A DNA stretch of 64,000 nt, taken from an uncultured Thermoplasmata archaeon. Its GTDB lineage: Archaea; Thermoplasmatota; Thermoplasmata; RBG-16-68-12. A model generated the notes under the pieces. It searched no databases. It was given only the letters and a program-made list of their open reading frames with translations, and was not told where the DNA came from. The stretch is from contig CAVYJM010000006.1 of NCBI GenBank assembly GCA_963768855.1, positions 896,001 to 960,000 of the forward strand. Direction: 5' to 3'. How positions within the stretch are numbered: the stretch's first letter is position 1; each line of letters opens with the position of its first letter. Made by a program: the position numbers and the translations under genes. This document shows, one piece after another, positions 46,389 through 54,842 of the stretch.

Positions 46389-47564
46389 TCACCTCACCCC
46401 GATGATCATCTCGGCGAGGATCAGGAGCGCGTCGCGCACGCCCGAGTTCGCCGTCGCCACGGTGGCCAAGATGGGCGTCTCGTCGGGCAGCTCCATCTTC
46501 CGTGCAATCACGTCCGGCTTCAGGGCGCCCGGGAGGTCCGACTTGTTGGCCAAGACAACGTAAGGGATCCGTGGCCCGATCAGCTCGAGCATGTACTTCG
46601 CGCGCTCGAAGTCCTCCGGCCGAGTCGCATCGACCACGAGCAGGACGCCGCTGACCTCCCGCGCGAAGATCCGGAAGATGAACTCAAAGCGTTCCTGGCC
46701 GGGCGTACCGAAGACCTCGGCCTCGATGCCCGTGATGTTCACGCTGCCGTAGTCGAAGGCGACGGTTGTCCCCATGCGGTCGATGCTGATCGACTTCTCG
46801 CAGAGGACCCTGACCACCGTCGACTTGCCCGCATTGAAAGGACCCGTGACGAGGATCCGCGGGAAGTACACCGTCACACCGACGAGATCCTTGAAGGTGT
46901 ATGGAATCCAATTCGTGCGGATCCCGTCTTCCTGCATCTGCGAGATGCGCATCGAGTTGCGGAGGATTCCTCCGCGCATGGAGGACTGGAACTCGATGAT
47001 GAAGTCCGACATCGCGCGGATCGTGCCGAGGTCGCGCTCGTGGTAGGTCCAGTTGATGAAGAGGAAGCAGGTGACGCTGTGGGCGGCTTCCGAGGCCTCG
47101 ATGATCCGTCGCCACTCCGAGAGCACCGCTTCCTTGGGGAATCGGTCCGAGAGGAACTCCATGGAGTCGATGACGATCCGGGCGGGCCGCTCCGCCTCGA
47201 TGGCGTCGACGATGACATCCGTGATGCCGATTAGGCTGCCGATGTCCTTGACGCTGTACTTCTCCATGCTCGGGACGAGGAGCTGGCTTGAGATCGCGTC
47301 GACGATGACGAGGTTCTCCTGCGAGAACTTGCCGAAGCGGCCGAGCTCCGCGCGAGCGAGGCTCGGCGCCCGGAAGAAGTCCACATACAGGGTCGTCTCG
47401 CCCGTCTTGGCGCCCTCGACCGCGAAGTTCTCCGCGAAGAGCCGCTTCTCCGTCGGCTTGTCACTGAACAGGAGGAGCGTGGATGGCCGAGGGAATCCGC
47501 CATTGAGTCGCTCGTCGAGGATCTGGATCCCGGTCTTGACCCGAGTCGTGTCGGGATCGCCCAT
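46389..47564 (-). CDS. Degenerate KaiC/RAD55 domain fused to an MglA/CvnD-like small GTPase (gene 2)
   Basis: N-terminal KTGIQILD...IVIDS with the P-loop lost; C-terminal GPFNAGKS, TTVAFDYG, FGTPGQERF, NKSD. Confidence 0.9.
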   Translation of the reverse strand: MGDPDTTRVKTGIQILDERLNGGFPRPSTLLLFSDKPTEKRLFAENFAVEGAKTGETTLYVDFFRAPSLARAELGRFGKFSQENLVIVDAISSQLLVPSMEKYSVKDIGSLIGITDVIVDAIEAERPARIVIDSMEFLSDRFPKEAVLSEWRRIIEASEAAHSVTCFLFINWTYHERDLGTIRAMSDFIIEFQSSMRGGILRNSMRISQMQEDGIRTNWIPYTFKDLVGVTVYFPRILVTGPFNAGKSTVVRVLCEKSISIDRMGTTVAFDYGSVNITGIEAEVFGTPGQERFEFIFRIFAREVSGVLLVVDATRPEDFERAKYMLELIGPRIPYVVLANKSDLPGALKPDVIARKMELPDETPILATVATANSGVRDALLILAEMIIGVR

Positions 47565-48229
47565 CAGAGGCCTCCCGTGACCACCGGCATCTGGACGAAC
47601 GGGTGCCAGGTGCTGTCGACCTGGAATCCCCTCATGTGGTGCACGCGCACCTCGTGGTCCATTGTGTCGGTGAAGCGCATCTCCACGACGCCGTCGACGA
47701 GGGACCGCAGGAGGTTCATCGTCATCTGCTCGTGGACGCCTTCGTGGACGGCGTACATGATGAAGCCCATGTTCATCTTCGCGCGGCTCGTGACGATCTG
47801 GAAGAACTTGGCAATCGCTTGCGTGGAGTTGTGAAGGAACAGGGTCGAGATCGTGTAGAAGTAGATCCGGACGGGCGTCCCGAGCTCCTGGGCCGCCTTG
47901 CTCATCGCCATCCCGATGCCCTCGAGGTTGCTGAAGCTCGACACGAGGAACGTCTTCTTGCCGGCGGGAACCTCGGGCCGCTCCGAGGCGGTCGCGCTGT
48001 AGCAGTCGACGAAGGCGAAGCTCCGGCCCTCGTACTGGTCCAGGTCGAGCTTGAGGGCCTTGGCCCGCGCGCGGATCTCGGACGGGTGGAGGTCGAGCGT
48101 CACGAAGACGACGCGCTCGCCCGCCCGCAGCGCCTCCCGCACCTGGGCGATCATGTACTCGAACTTGCCCACGCCGGGCGGGCCGCCGAGTAGGATCGCG
48201 TAGTTCGTCGGGAACCGCGGGTCACCCAT
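47564..48229 (-). CDS. KaiC/RAD55-like ATPase domain protein (gene 1)
   Basis: GPPGVGK, FVTLD, FVDCYS, LVDGVVEM, VHHMRG. Confidence 0.85.
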   Translation of the reverse strand: MGDPRFPTNYAILLGGPPGVGKFEYMIAQVREALRAGERVVFVTLDLHPSEIRARAKALKLDLDQYEGRSFAFVDCYSATASERPEVPAGKKTFLVSSFSNLEGIGMAMSKAAQELGTPVRIYFYTISTLFLHNSTQAIAKFFQIVTSRAKMNMGFIMYAVHEGVHEQMTMNLLRSLVDGVVEMRFTDTMDHEVRVHHMRGFQVDSTWHPFVQMPVVTGGL

Positions 48230-48309
48230 GGCCGAGCCCCCTGCGGGCTCGCGCTCGTAGCCGACGGCGAGAGACCTGGTTCACTGTCCGTCTCGATGCC
48301 CCGATTTCG

Positions 48310-48317
48310 CTTATAAG
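48310..48317 (-). promoter_or_regulatory. TATA box, candidate promoter of the KaiC/Roadblock operon
   Basis: CTTATAAG about 80 nt upstream of the first ATG. Confidence 0.5.
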
Positions 48318-48429
48318 GGCCGTGCCGTAGTTCTCACCCTTGAGAGTGGCACGGGCCCCGACCCCGCCGACTCGGGGGGATGCAGGGAGGATTGAAGAGC
48401 GGGAAAGGGATTAGGCACCTGGAGGAGAG

Positions 48430-48982
48430 ATGCTGTCCAATCGTCCCCCTGGGAAGGGCCTGCTTTCGGAGCCGTTCTCGTGGATCATCTTGGGTGCGGC
48501 CCTTGTATTCGCGTCGAGCATTTTGTCCGGCGCCCTCGGCATTGTCTATGTGTTCGCGGAATTCAATCCAGCCGCGACCTTTCCCGGGGACCTCTTTCTG
48601 GCCGTCTCCGTAGGGCTCGTTCCTTCTCTTGGTGGGTCTCGCCCGAGCAGTCCATCGCCCCTTCTTCCCCGCCACGGAGCCCCTAGCCCATGAGGGCCAA
48701 GGCGCGGGGGTCGCCGGCCTCGCCCAACCCGCTAACCCGTACCGCATCGCGCTCCTGGGCGCCGTGCTCGCCCTGATCGGAGGGCTTGCGGGCATCTCGG
48801 CGTGCCTCGCGCGGTATCTCTTCCCGCCCGCATGGGCCTACACCGGTATCCAGGGGTACCTCCAGACATGGGCCCTGGTTGCGCTCCTGACCGGCGCGGT
48901 CGCTGCGGTTGGCTCCCTGCTCGCCTTCGTCGGCGTGGGACTCATGATTCGGTATGCCTCGCGCCGAGCAGAGCGTGTCTAA
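48430..48982 (+). pseudogene. Multi-pass membrane protein split by a one-base frameshift near 48620
   Basis: Hydrophobic ORF 48430-48693 continues in the adjacent frame (LLVGLARAVHR...IALLGAVLALIGG); span 553 nt = 3n+1; GGAGG SD. Confidence 0.55.
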
Positions 48983-49040
48983 GGCGGTCCGAGGGCGCGG
49001 CGGGAAAAGCATATACGAAGTGCGCCCATCCGCCGACCTG

Positions 49041-50567
49041 ATGCCCCGGGATGTGGCGGCGGAGCTGAGCTACCTCGAGAAGCGGGTCCTGCTCACCCTG
49101 AAGGAGCTGAAGCGGGCCTCCCCCGAGGAGATCCGCTCGAAGGGGAAGTTCAAAGAGCTCGTCGAGGTGATGAACGCCGCTTCCTGGCTCCAGGCGAAAG
49201 GCCTCGTGACGATGAAGGAGCGGGTCGTGCGCACGTACAGGCTCACCCGAGCGGAGCTGGCGCGGAAGCCGCTGCCCGAGCGCAGGGCGCTCAAAGCCCT
49301 CCTGAAGGCGGGAGGCCGGATGCCCGTCTCGAAGGTCCAGGTCGCGTGCAAGTTCGACGAGTCGGAACTCGCGATCGCCCTCGGATGGGTGCGGCGGAAG
49401 GGCTGGGCCCAGGTCGAGAAGGGGCCCGGGGGCAGCTTCCTCGTCGCGACGGATGCGGGCCGCGCGGCCTCCGAGGGCCGGGCGCCCGACGAGGAGCTCC
49501 TTACGAAGATGGCCAAGGAGGAGATCGCGGAGGACGCCGCGGACCCGAGGCTCCTGAAGGACCTGAAGTCCCGCCAGGATCTCGTGCGGGAGCGGGAGTC
49601 CGTGCGGCGGGAGATTTCCCTCACGCCCGCGGGGGAGAAGGTGCTGGCGGCCGGGATCGAGCTGAAGCCCGAGGCCACGGTTGTGACGACGGACCTCCTC
49701 CGTGACGGGAAGTGGAAGTCGGTCGACTTCCGTCGCTACGACACGCGGGCCTTCGCCCCCACTGTGTGGCCGGGGAAGCGCCACGTGCTCGGCGCGTACC
49801 TGGAGAAGATTCGACGCATCTTCCTCGAGATGGGCTTCACGGAGATTGACGGGGATTACGTCCAGAGCGCGTTCTGGAACTACGACGCGCTCTTCCAGCC
49901 CCAGGACCATCCGGCGCGGGACCAGCTCGACAGCTTCTATCTCTCCAAGCCGCGGACGGTCCCGCTCCCCGAGGACCGCGTCGTGCGGCGCGTCGCGGAC
50001 GCGCATGAGACGGGCGGCGGCACGGGCAGCAAGGGGTGGCGGTACGCCTGGGACCGAGGCGAGGCCGAGCGAGCGCTCCTCCGGTCGCATACGACCGCGA
50101 TCACGATTCAGTGGCTTTCCGAGCACCCGAAGCCGCCGCAGAAGGCGTTCATCATCGGCCGCAACTTCCGGCGGGACGCGATCGACTGGAAACACCTGCC
50201 GGAGTTCCACCAGGTCGAGGGCGTCGTGATGGAAGAAGGCGCGAACCTCGCGCAGCTCATCGGCACGATCGAGGAGTTCTATCGGAGGCTCGGCTTCCTC
50301 GGCTCGAAGTTCCGCCCGGGGTACTTCCCGTACACGGAGCCGAGCATGGAGCCCGAGGTCCAGCTGCCCGATGGCCGGTGGATGGAGCTCGGCGGGAGCG
50401 GGATCTTCCGGCCCGAGGTGACGAAGCCGCTGGGCATCGAGACGCCCGTGCTTGCCTGGGGCCTCGGGCTGGAGCGGGTCATCATGGCGCTCGAGGGGAT
50501 CTCGGACATCCGGGAGCTGTACCTGAGCGACTTGGATTGGCTCCGGAACCACCGCGCCCTCGTCTGA
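49041..50567 (+). CDS. pheS: Phenylalanyl-tRNA synthetase alpha subunit
   Basis: WNYDALFQPQDHPARD, motif 2 FRRDAIDWKHLPEFHQVEG, motif 3 AWGLGLER. Confidence 0.97.
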   Translation: MPRDVAAELSYLEKRVLLTLKELKRASPEEIRSKGKFKELVEVMNAASWLQAKGLVTMKERVVRTYRLTRAELARKPLPERRALKALLKAGGRMPVSKVQVACKFDESELAIALGWVRRKGWAQVEKGPGGSFLVATDAGRAASEGRAPDEELLTKMAKEEIAEDAADPRLLKDLKSRQDLVRERESVRREISLTPAGEKVLAAGIELKPEATVVTTDLLRDGKWKSVDFRRYDTRAFAPTVWPGKRHVLGAYLEKIRRIFLEMGFTEIDGDYVQSAFWNYDALFQPQDHPARDQLDSFYLSKPRTVPLPEDRVVRRVADAHETGGGTGSKGWRYAWDRGEAERALLRSHTTAITIQWLSEHPKPPQKAFIIGRNFRRDAIDWKHLPEFHQVEGVVMEEGANLAQLIGTIEEFYRRLGFLGSKFRPGYFPYTEPSMEPEVQLPDGRWMELGGSGIFRPEVTKPLGIETPVLAWGLGLERVIMALEGISDIRELYLSDLDWLRNHRALV

Positions 50568-50630
50568 CCGCGCTGGTCAAGCCCTCGCGACCATCCGCTA
50601 CAAATAGGTCCGGCGCCAGACGTGTCCTCC

Positions 50631-51185
50631 ATGCCTTCGCCTCCCCCCGGAACCTCGCAGGGCGACTCGACCCCCCTCCCTATCACCTACGATTCGGAGA
50701 CGGGACGGATCTCCCTCCTGGGCGAGCCCGCCTGGTTCATGTCCCCGGAGTTCTACCTGGACCTCCAGATCCAACTCGAGACGCTGTCCGGGAAGGCCGC
50801 GCGGGGCATCCTCTACCGCGTGTCCTTCAGCGCGGGCTCCCGCACGGCGAAGCGGCTCGCGGGACCCCTGACCCCGCGGGACGACGTCCACGAACGGATG
50901 CAACAGATCTCCGATTACTCGTCCCTCACGGGGTACGGACGGTACGCCTACAAGGCCACGAACCCCGCGAACGCGGAGACCGAGTGGACGATCGCGGAGA
51001 GCCTGATCGCCTCGCTTCACCCGCCGGGTCGGGATTCCGTGTGCCACATGTACGCGGGCTTCCTCGCGGGGTGGCTCACGGTCCTCTTCGACCGTCCGGT
51101 CGAGTGCGTGGAGGCCGAGTGCCGCGCGAAGGGTGACTCCCGCTGCCTGTTTCGGACGAAGCCGACGCGCGTGGCGCCGGTCTAG
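50631..51185 (+). CDS. V4R (4-vinyl reductase) domain protein
   Basis: GYGRY, CHMYAGFLAG, CVEAECRAKGDSRCLF. Confidence 0.85.
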   Translation: MPSPPPGTSQGDSTPLPITYDSETGRISLLGEPAWFMSPEFYLDLQIQLETLSGKAARGILYRVSFSAGSRTAKRLAGPLTPRDDVHERMQQISDYSSLTGYGRYAYKATNPANAETEWTIAESLIASLHPPGRDSVCHMYAGFLAGWLTVLFDRPVECVEAECRAKGDSRCLFRTKPTRVAPV

Positions 51186-51256
51186 CTCGCTCCGGGCGTT
51201 TGAGAATCCTGAGGTAACCTTTATCAGGCCTCTCCTGTGTTCCGCGGACGATTCCG

Positions 51257-51745
51257 ATGCCCTCCGCCGAAGAGGAAATCGCCGCAGGCGAGCAGGCCCT
51301 GAGCACCCTCGACTACGACGCCGCCTACAAGCACTTTGACAAGGCGTGCAAGGCGGACCCGAAGAACTCCGTCGCGTTCTTCGGTAAGGCGGAGTCCGCG
51401 CTCGGCGTGCCCAAGGCGGAAGCGGAGGAGATCCTCGGCCTGTACAAGAAGGCGATCGAGCTGGATCCGGAGAACCCCGGATACCACGACGCCCTCGCGT
51501 CGTTCTGCGTCGACCTCGGTCGGTTCAACGAGGCGGAGGAGCACTACAACAAGGCCGCCGCCCTCGACGAGGACAACGCCCCGTTCTACTGGTCCGAGTT
51601 CGCGATCAACTACGCCCGCAAGGCGCCCGTGGCGATGCAGCAGTTCCTTGATGACAAGACGCGGGACATGATCCGCGCGAAGGCCCTCACGTACGCGCTC
51701 AAGGCGCTCGACATCGGGAAGGACGACGCGAAGCGCGTCCTGTGA
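51257..51745 (+). CDS. TPR repeat protein
   Basis: Repeated helical TPR pattern (YKKAIELDPEN, YNKAAALDEDN). Confidence 0.85.
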   Translation: MPSAEEEIAAGEQALSTLDYDAAYKHFDKACKADPKNSVAFFGKAESALGVPKAEAEEILGLYKKAIELDPENPGYHDALASFCVDLGRFNEAEEHYNKAAALDEDNAPFYWSEFAINYARKAPVAMQQFLDDKTRDMIRAKALTYALKALDIGKDDAKRVL

Positions 51746-51746
51746 C

Positions 51747-51902
51747 TCAGCTGCGCACTCCGGTCCGCGCCCGGCGCCCCACGCGACAGGCGACACACAC
51801 GCCATCTGGGCCCAGATGCTCCTCGCACGTGGGACGTCCGCATGCCACGCACGTTCTCAGGGTGGGACGGCTGCAGACCTGGCACAGCCCGGGCACGACC
51901 AT
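51747..51902 (-). CDS. Cys-rich zinc-finger microprotein
   Basis: CQVC...CVACGRPTCEEH...CVAC. Confidence 0.7.
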   Translation of the reverse strand: MVVPGLCQVCSRPTLRTCVACGRPTCEEHLGPDGVCVACRVGRRARTGVRS

Positions 51903-51976
51903 CGGAGCGGTATGTTCCTGCAAGGCGAAGAGGTTTCGCCCCTCGCGGCGCAACGAGGCGTGCGTGGGCGGGGTCG

Positions 51977-52864
51977 TCACGGCGCGCGCAGCTCGCCGAA
52001 CGTGGCGGCGCGCTCCGCGAACGCGTTGTGCTTGTGGATCGATTCTTCGGCCTCGGACTTCACCCGCACCCAGGTGGCGTCCGGCAGCTTCGGATACTTG
52101 GCGAGGAGCCGGTCCAGGACCTCCCGCACGACGTCCTCGACGAAGCGGGGGTTCGCGTGCGCGAGTTCCACGAGTCGCCCTTCATCGGGCCGCTTCAGGA
52201 GACCGTACGTGGGCGCGGACATGGACGCCTCGACGATGTCGATCAGGTCGTCCGCTTCGATGTCGAACCCGTCCGGCTCCTGGAGGATCAGGGTCGTGCG
52301 GTTCCTCTGGTTGTGCGTCACGAAGGGGATGTCCTCGGGCCACGCCTTGATCTCCGGATGTTCCTTGACGAGGCGATCCCGCACCATCTCCATGGCGCAC
52401 GGGCAGGCGGTCATCCCGATCGCCTCGACGCCGATCGACCGCTCCACCGACGCGGATCCGCGGTGCGCGTTCGCGCGCGCCACGAGGTGGTACGGCTCCA
52501 TCGAGGTGTGGCCCCAGGGCGACTTCCGTTCCAGGAAGTAGTCCGCCCGCGCCCAGACCTCCGACGTGGTCGCGTACTCGTGCTTCTTCAGGAGCTGCCG
52601 CGCGATCGTCTCGGTGAGCTCCTCGAGGCTCCCGACGGGTTCTCGGACGGAGCGGTCCACCAGCTCGTTGATGACCTCCATGTTCCGCGAGAGGTGGGAG
52701 CCTTTCTGCTCCGGAGGCAGGTCCACGAAGACGTCCAAGGACGTGGTCAAGGTGAGATTCCGGCCCTTCCGGCGGATCTCCACGGGCTTCTGCACGCCCG
52801 TCACGCCGACCTTGTTCAGCCGGTACGAGTGATTCGCATTCTCGTTCTGGATGTCGCGGGGGAT
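51977..52864 (-). CDS. mptA: GTP cyclohydrolase MptA (FolE2 family), apparent ATC start
   Basis: DIQ...LNKVGV, QKGSHLSR, TACPCA, HNQR, ESIHKH. Confidence 0.92.
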   Translation of the reverse strand: MPRDIQNENANHSYRLNKVGVTGVQKPVEIRRKGRNLTLTTSLDVFVDLPPEQKGSHLSRNMEVINELVDRSVREPVGSLEELTETIARQLLKKHEYATTSEVWARADYFLERKSPWGHTSMEPYHLVARANAHRGSASVERSIGVEAIGMTACPCAMEMVRDRLVKEHPEIKAWPEDIPFVTHNQRNRTTLILQEPDGFDIEADDLIDIVEASMSAPTYGLLKRPDEGRLVELAHANPRFVEDVVREVLDRLLAKYPKLPDATWVRVKSEAEESIHKHNAFAERAATFGELRAP

Positions 52865-52901
52865 GCGGCTGCCTCCCGGGGTGGCCAGTTCTGCGGTGGA
52901 C

Positions 52902-53336
52902 TTAAAGATTGTCGGCGTCCCCCACGACTTGGACGAGGACCTCGCGCCGCCTCGGCTTGTTGTCCAGCTCGAGGAACACGACCTGTTGCCAGGTGCCGAG
53001 GGCGAGCTTCCCGTCCACGACGGGAACGGTCAGGCTCGGGCCGAGGAAGGCCGCGCGCACATGGCTGTGACCGTTGCCATCGCCCCAACGCTTCTCGTGG
53101 CCGTACGCCAGGTCCTCCGGGAACAGCCGTCCCAGCGCCGCCGGGAGGTCTTCCTCCATGAGGCCCGCCTCGAACTCGTTCGTCAGGATCGCGGAGGTGC
53201 TGCTTGGGGCGAAGACACACGCCAGTCCGGCCCGAATCTTCGACCGGCCGACTGCATCGGTCACCTCGCGGGTGATATCGAGCGCTTGCGGTCCGGTTCG
53301 CGTGGAGAGATGCAGGGTCTCCGTGTGGACGGCCAT
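52902..53336 (-). CDS. YjbQ/UPF0047 family protein
   Basis: NGHSHVRAAFLG, LGTWQQVVFLELD. Confidence 0.92.
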   Translation of the reverse strand: MAVHTETLHLSTRTGPQALDITREVTDAVGRSKIRAGLACVFAPSSTSAILTNEFEAGLMEEDLPAALGRLFPEDLAYGHEKRWGDGNGHSHVRAAFLGPSLTVPVVDGKLALGTWQQVVFLELDNKPRRREVLVQVVGDADNL

Positions 53337-53383
53337 GCCCCGCGGTACGGGCCTGGCTCGCAAGAAGCTTCCCCCCGTCGGCG

Positions 53384-53444
53384 GAAAGAAAGGGTCGCGA
53401 GGGCCGCCCGGCGCCTTGCGGCGCCGGTCGCCCGATGCCCTCGC
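53384..53444 (-). terminator. Hairpin with GCAA tetraloop and pyrimidine tract after the ftsZ-like gene
   Basis: CCGGCGCC-GCAA-GGCGCCGG inside an 8-bp outer stem, followed by CTTTCTTTCC on the minus strand. Confidence 0.55.
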
Positions 53445-53490
53445 GGGTGGGCGTGTTGGGGGGAGGAGTTACGTAAGATGGAAAGGGGGC

Positions 53491-54267
53491 TCAGCGGAGC
53501 CCGATGAATCCGTTGTCGTCGAACGCCACGGGTGCGACCTCCCAGGCCGCCTGGACCGTCTCCGGAGGCTGGACCTCCATGTGGACCGCGTGGCTGTTCT
53601 GTTCCTCGATCTCCCTCGCCACGGTCTCGACCTCCTCGGCGACCGTGGACAGGAAGGACTTCTCGAGATGGTCGACGACGCCCTCGACGATGGCCGCGAC
53701 CATGTAGTTCACGACCTGGAGCGCCTCGTTGAAAGAGAGGTGGTCCGCGAACTTGTTGAGGGAGTTGTTGTCGACGACGATCAGGCTGTCCGCCTCACGA
53801 CGGAGGTCCTCGAGTCCCGCCTTCGCGGTCTCGGAGCGGCCTTCCATGTCGAAGGGGACGATGCCGATTGCGATCGTCACGGCGCCGTTCGCGCGCGCGG
53901 CCCGGGCCACGACGGGCGCAGCGCCCGTTCCGGCGGCACCGCCCATGCCCGCGACCACGAACACGATGTCCGAGGACAGGGTGTCCTTGAAGTTCCCTTC
54001 GGAGCCTTCCGCGGACGTTCGCGCGGCGAGCACCCGGTCCTCACCGTCGACGTGGCTCAGCAGGATCTTGAAGTCCGCGGCGGACTTGGAGAGTCCGGCC
54101 GGATCCGTGTTGACCGCCACGGTCTCGACGCCCTTCAGGTCGCGATCGTAGAGCGCGCTCACCACGTTGCCGCCGGCACCGCCGATGCCGACCACGCTGA
54201 TCTTCGGATCGACGGCGTCCTCGAACAGTCCGTTGATGACTTCGTCGACATAGTCTCGGGGTATCAT
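53491..54267 (-). CDS. Short FtsZ/tubulin-family protein (N-terminal GTP-binding domain only)
   Basis: VVGIGGAGGNVV, AVNTD, AGMGGAAGTG, IVVDNNSL; no NxDxxD T7 loop and no C-terminal domain. Confidence 0.85.
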   Translation of the reverse strand: MIPRDYVDEVINGLFEDAVDPKISVVGIGGAGGNVVSALYDRDLKGVETVAVNTDPAGLSKSAADFKILLSHVDGEDRVLAARTSAEGSEGNFKDTLSSDIVFVVAGMGGAAGTGAAPVVARAARANGAVTIAIGIVPFDMEGRSETAKAGLEDLRREADSLIVVDNNSLNKFADHLSFNEALQVVNYMVAAIVEGVVDHLEKSFLSTVAEEVETVAREIEEQNSHAVHMEVQPPETVQAAWEVAPVAFDDNGFIGLR

Positions 54268-54438
54268 TCACCTAGCCTCCGCCTCGCGTACGCCCCTCGA
54301 TCGACGATCGAGGGAGGCCAGAGGGGAACTCCTCGTCTGAAGGCGTGCATCCCATCCCTTCATGACTGATCCCATCCCATTCCCTTTTTCCTGGATTGAG
54401 GCTTTCCCTTCTGGCATCCGACACGCCCCGCAGCTCAT
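54268..54438 (-). CDS. Candidate 56-aa microprotein (MSCGAC...)
   Basis: ATGA overlap with the RHH gene stop; its TGA directly abuts the ftsZ-like ATG. Confidence 0.5.
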   Translation of the reverse strand: MSCGACRMPEGKASIQEKGNGMGSVMKGWDARLQTRSSPLASLDRRSRGVREAEAR

Positions 54439-54830
54439 GGCGGGATGACACCGTCCTTCTCGCCCGTGGATACGGAGACCACCCGGCCCGTTGTCTTGTC
54501 GATCTCCTGCCGGTGGTCTTGGATCTCCTTCACCCGCGCCCGCGTGAACCACTCCTCGATGCTGCGGACGATCGCGTGCTCCCGGCTGAGGAAGTACCCG
54601 TCCGTCACGAGGCGGTCGATCAGCTCCAGGTAGTACCTCGGGACGTGAATCGACACCGTGTTGCCCTCGCCCCGAAGGCTCTGGATGAACGACTGGACGG
54701 CATCGCGAACGAGCTGCGAGCGGCTGTCGTACGACTTGTTCTCTTTCAAGAACGCATCGACCAGCTCGAGGTTCTCCTTCTCGAGCCGCAGTGTGATCCG
54801 CTCGTTCTCGTCCATCCCGGTCCCGTCCAT
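54435..54830 (-). CDS. Tandem ribbon-helix-helix (CopG/CdrS-like) regulator
   Basis: RITLRL...SRSQLVRDAV and VSIHVP...LIDRLV..GYFLSREHAIVRSI. Confidence 0.85.
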   Translation of the reverse strand: MDGTGMDENERITLRLEKENLELVDAFLKENKSYDSRSQLVRDAVQSFIQSLRGEGNTVSIHVPRYYLELIDRLVTDGYFLSREHAIVRSIEEWFTRARVKEIQDHRQEIDKTTGRVVSVSTGEKDGVIPP

Positions 54831-54842
54831 TTCACGCGGTCG

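Noticed and set aside
39405-48229. Circadian clock or DNA-repair (RadA/RadB) interpretation of the ATPases
   Set aside because: Single-domain proteins, no KaiA/KaiB, phosphosites mostly absent; the KMRG motif and context fit KaiC-like signalling, not RadA
53491-53700. Frameshift as the cause of the short FtsZ
   Set aside because: No NxDxxD motif noticed in the other frames, and the tail keeps strong third-position GC bias up to the stop
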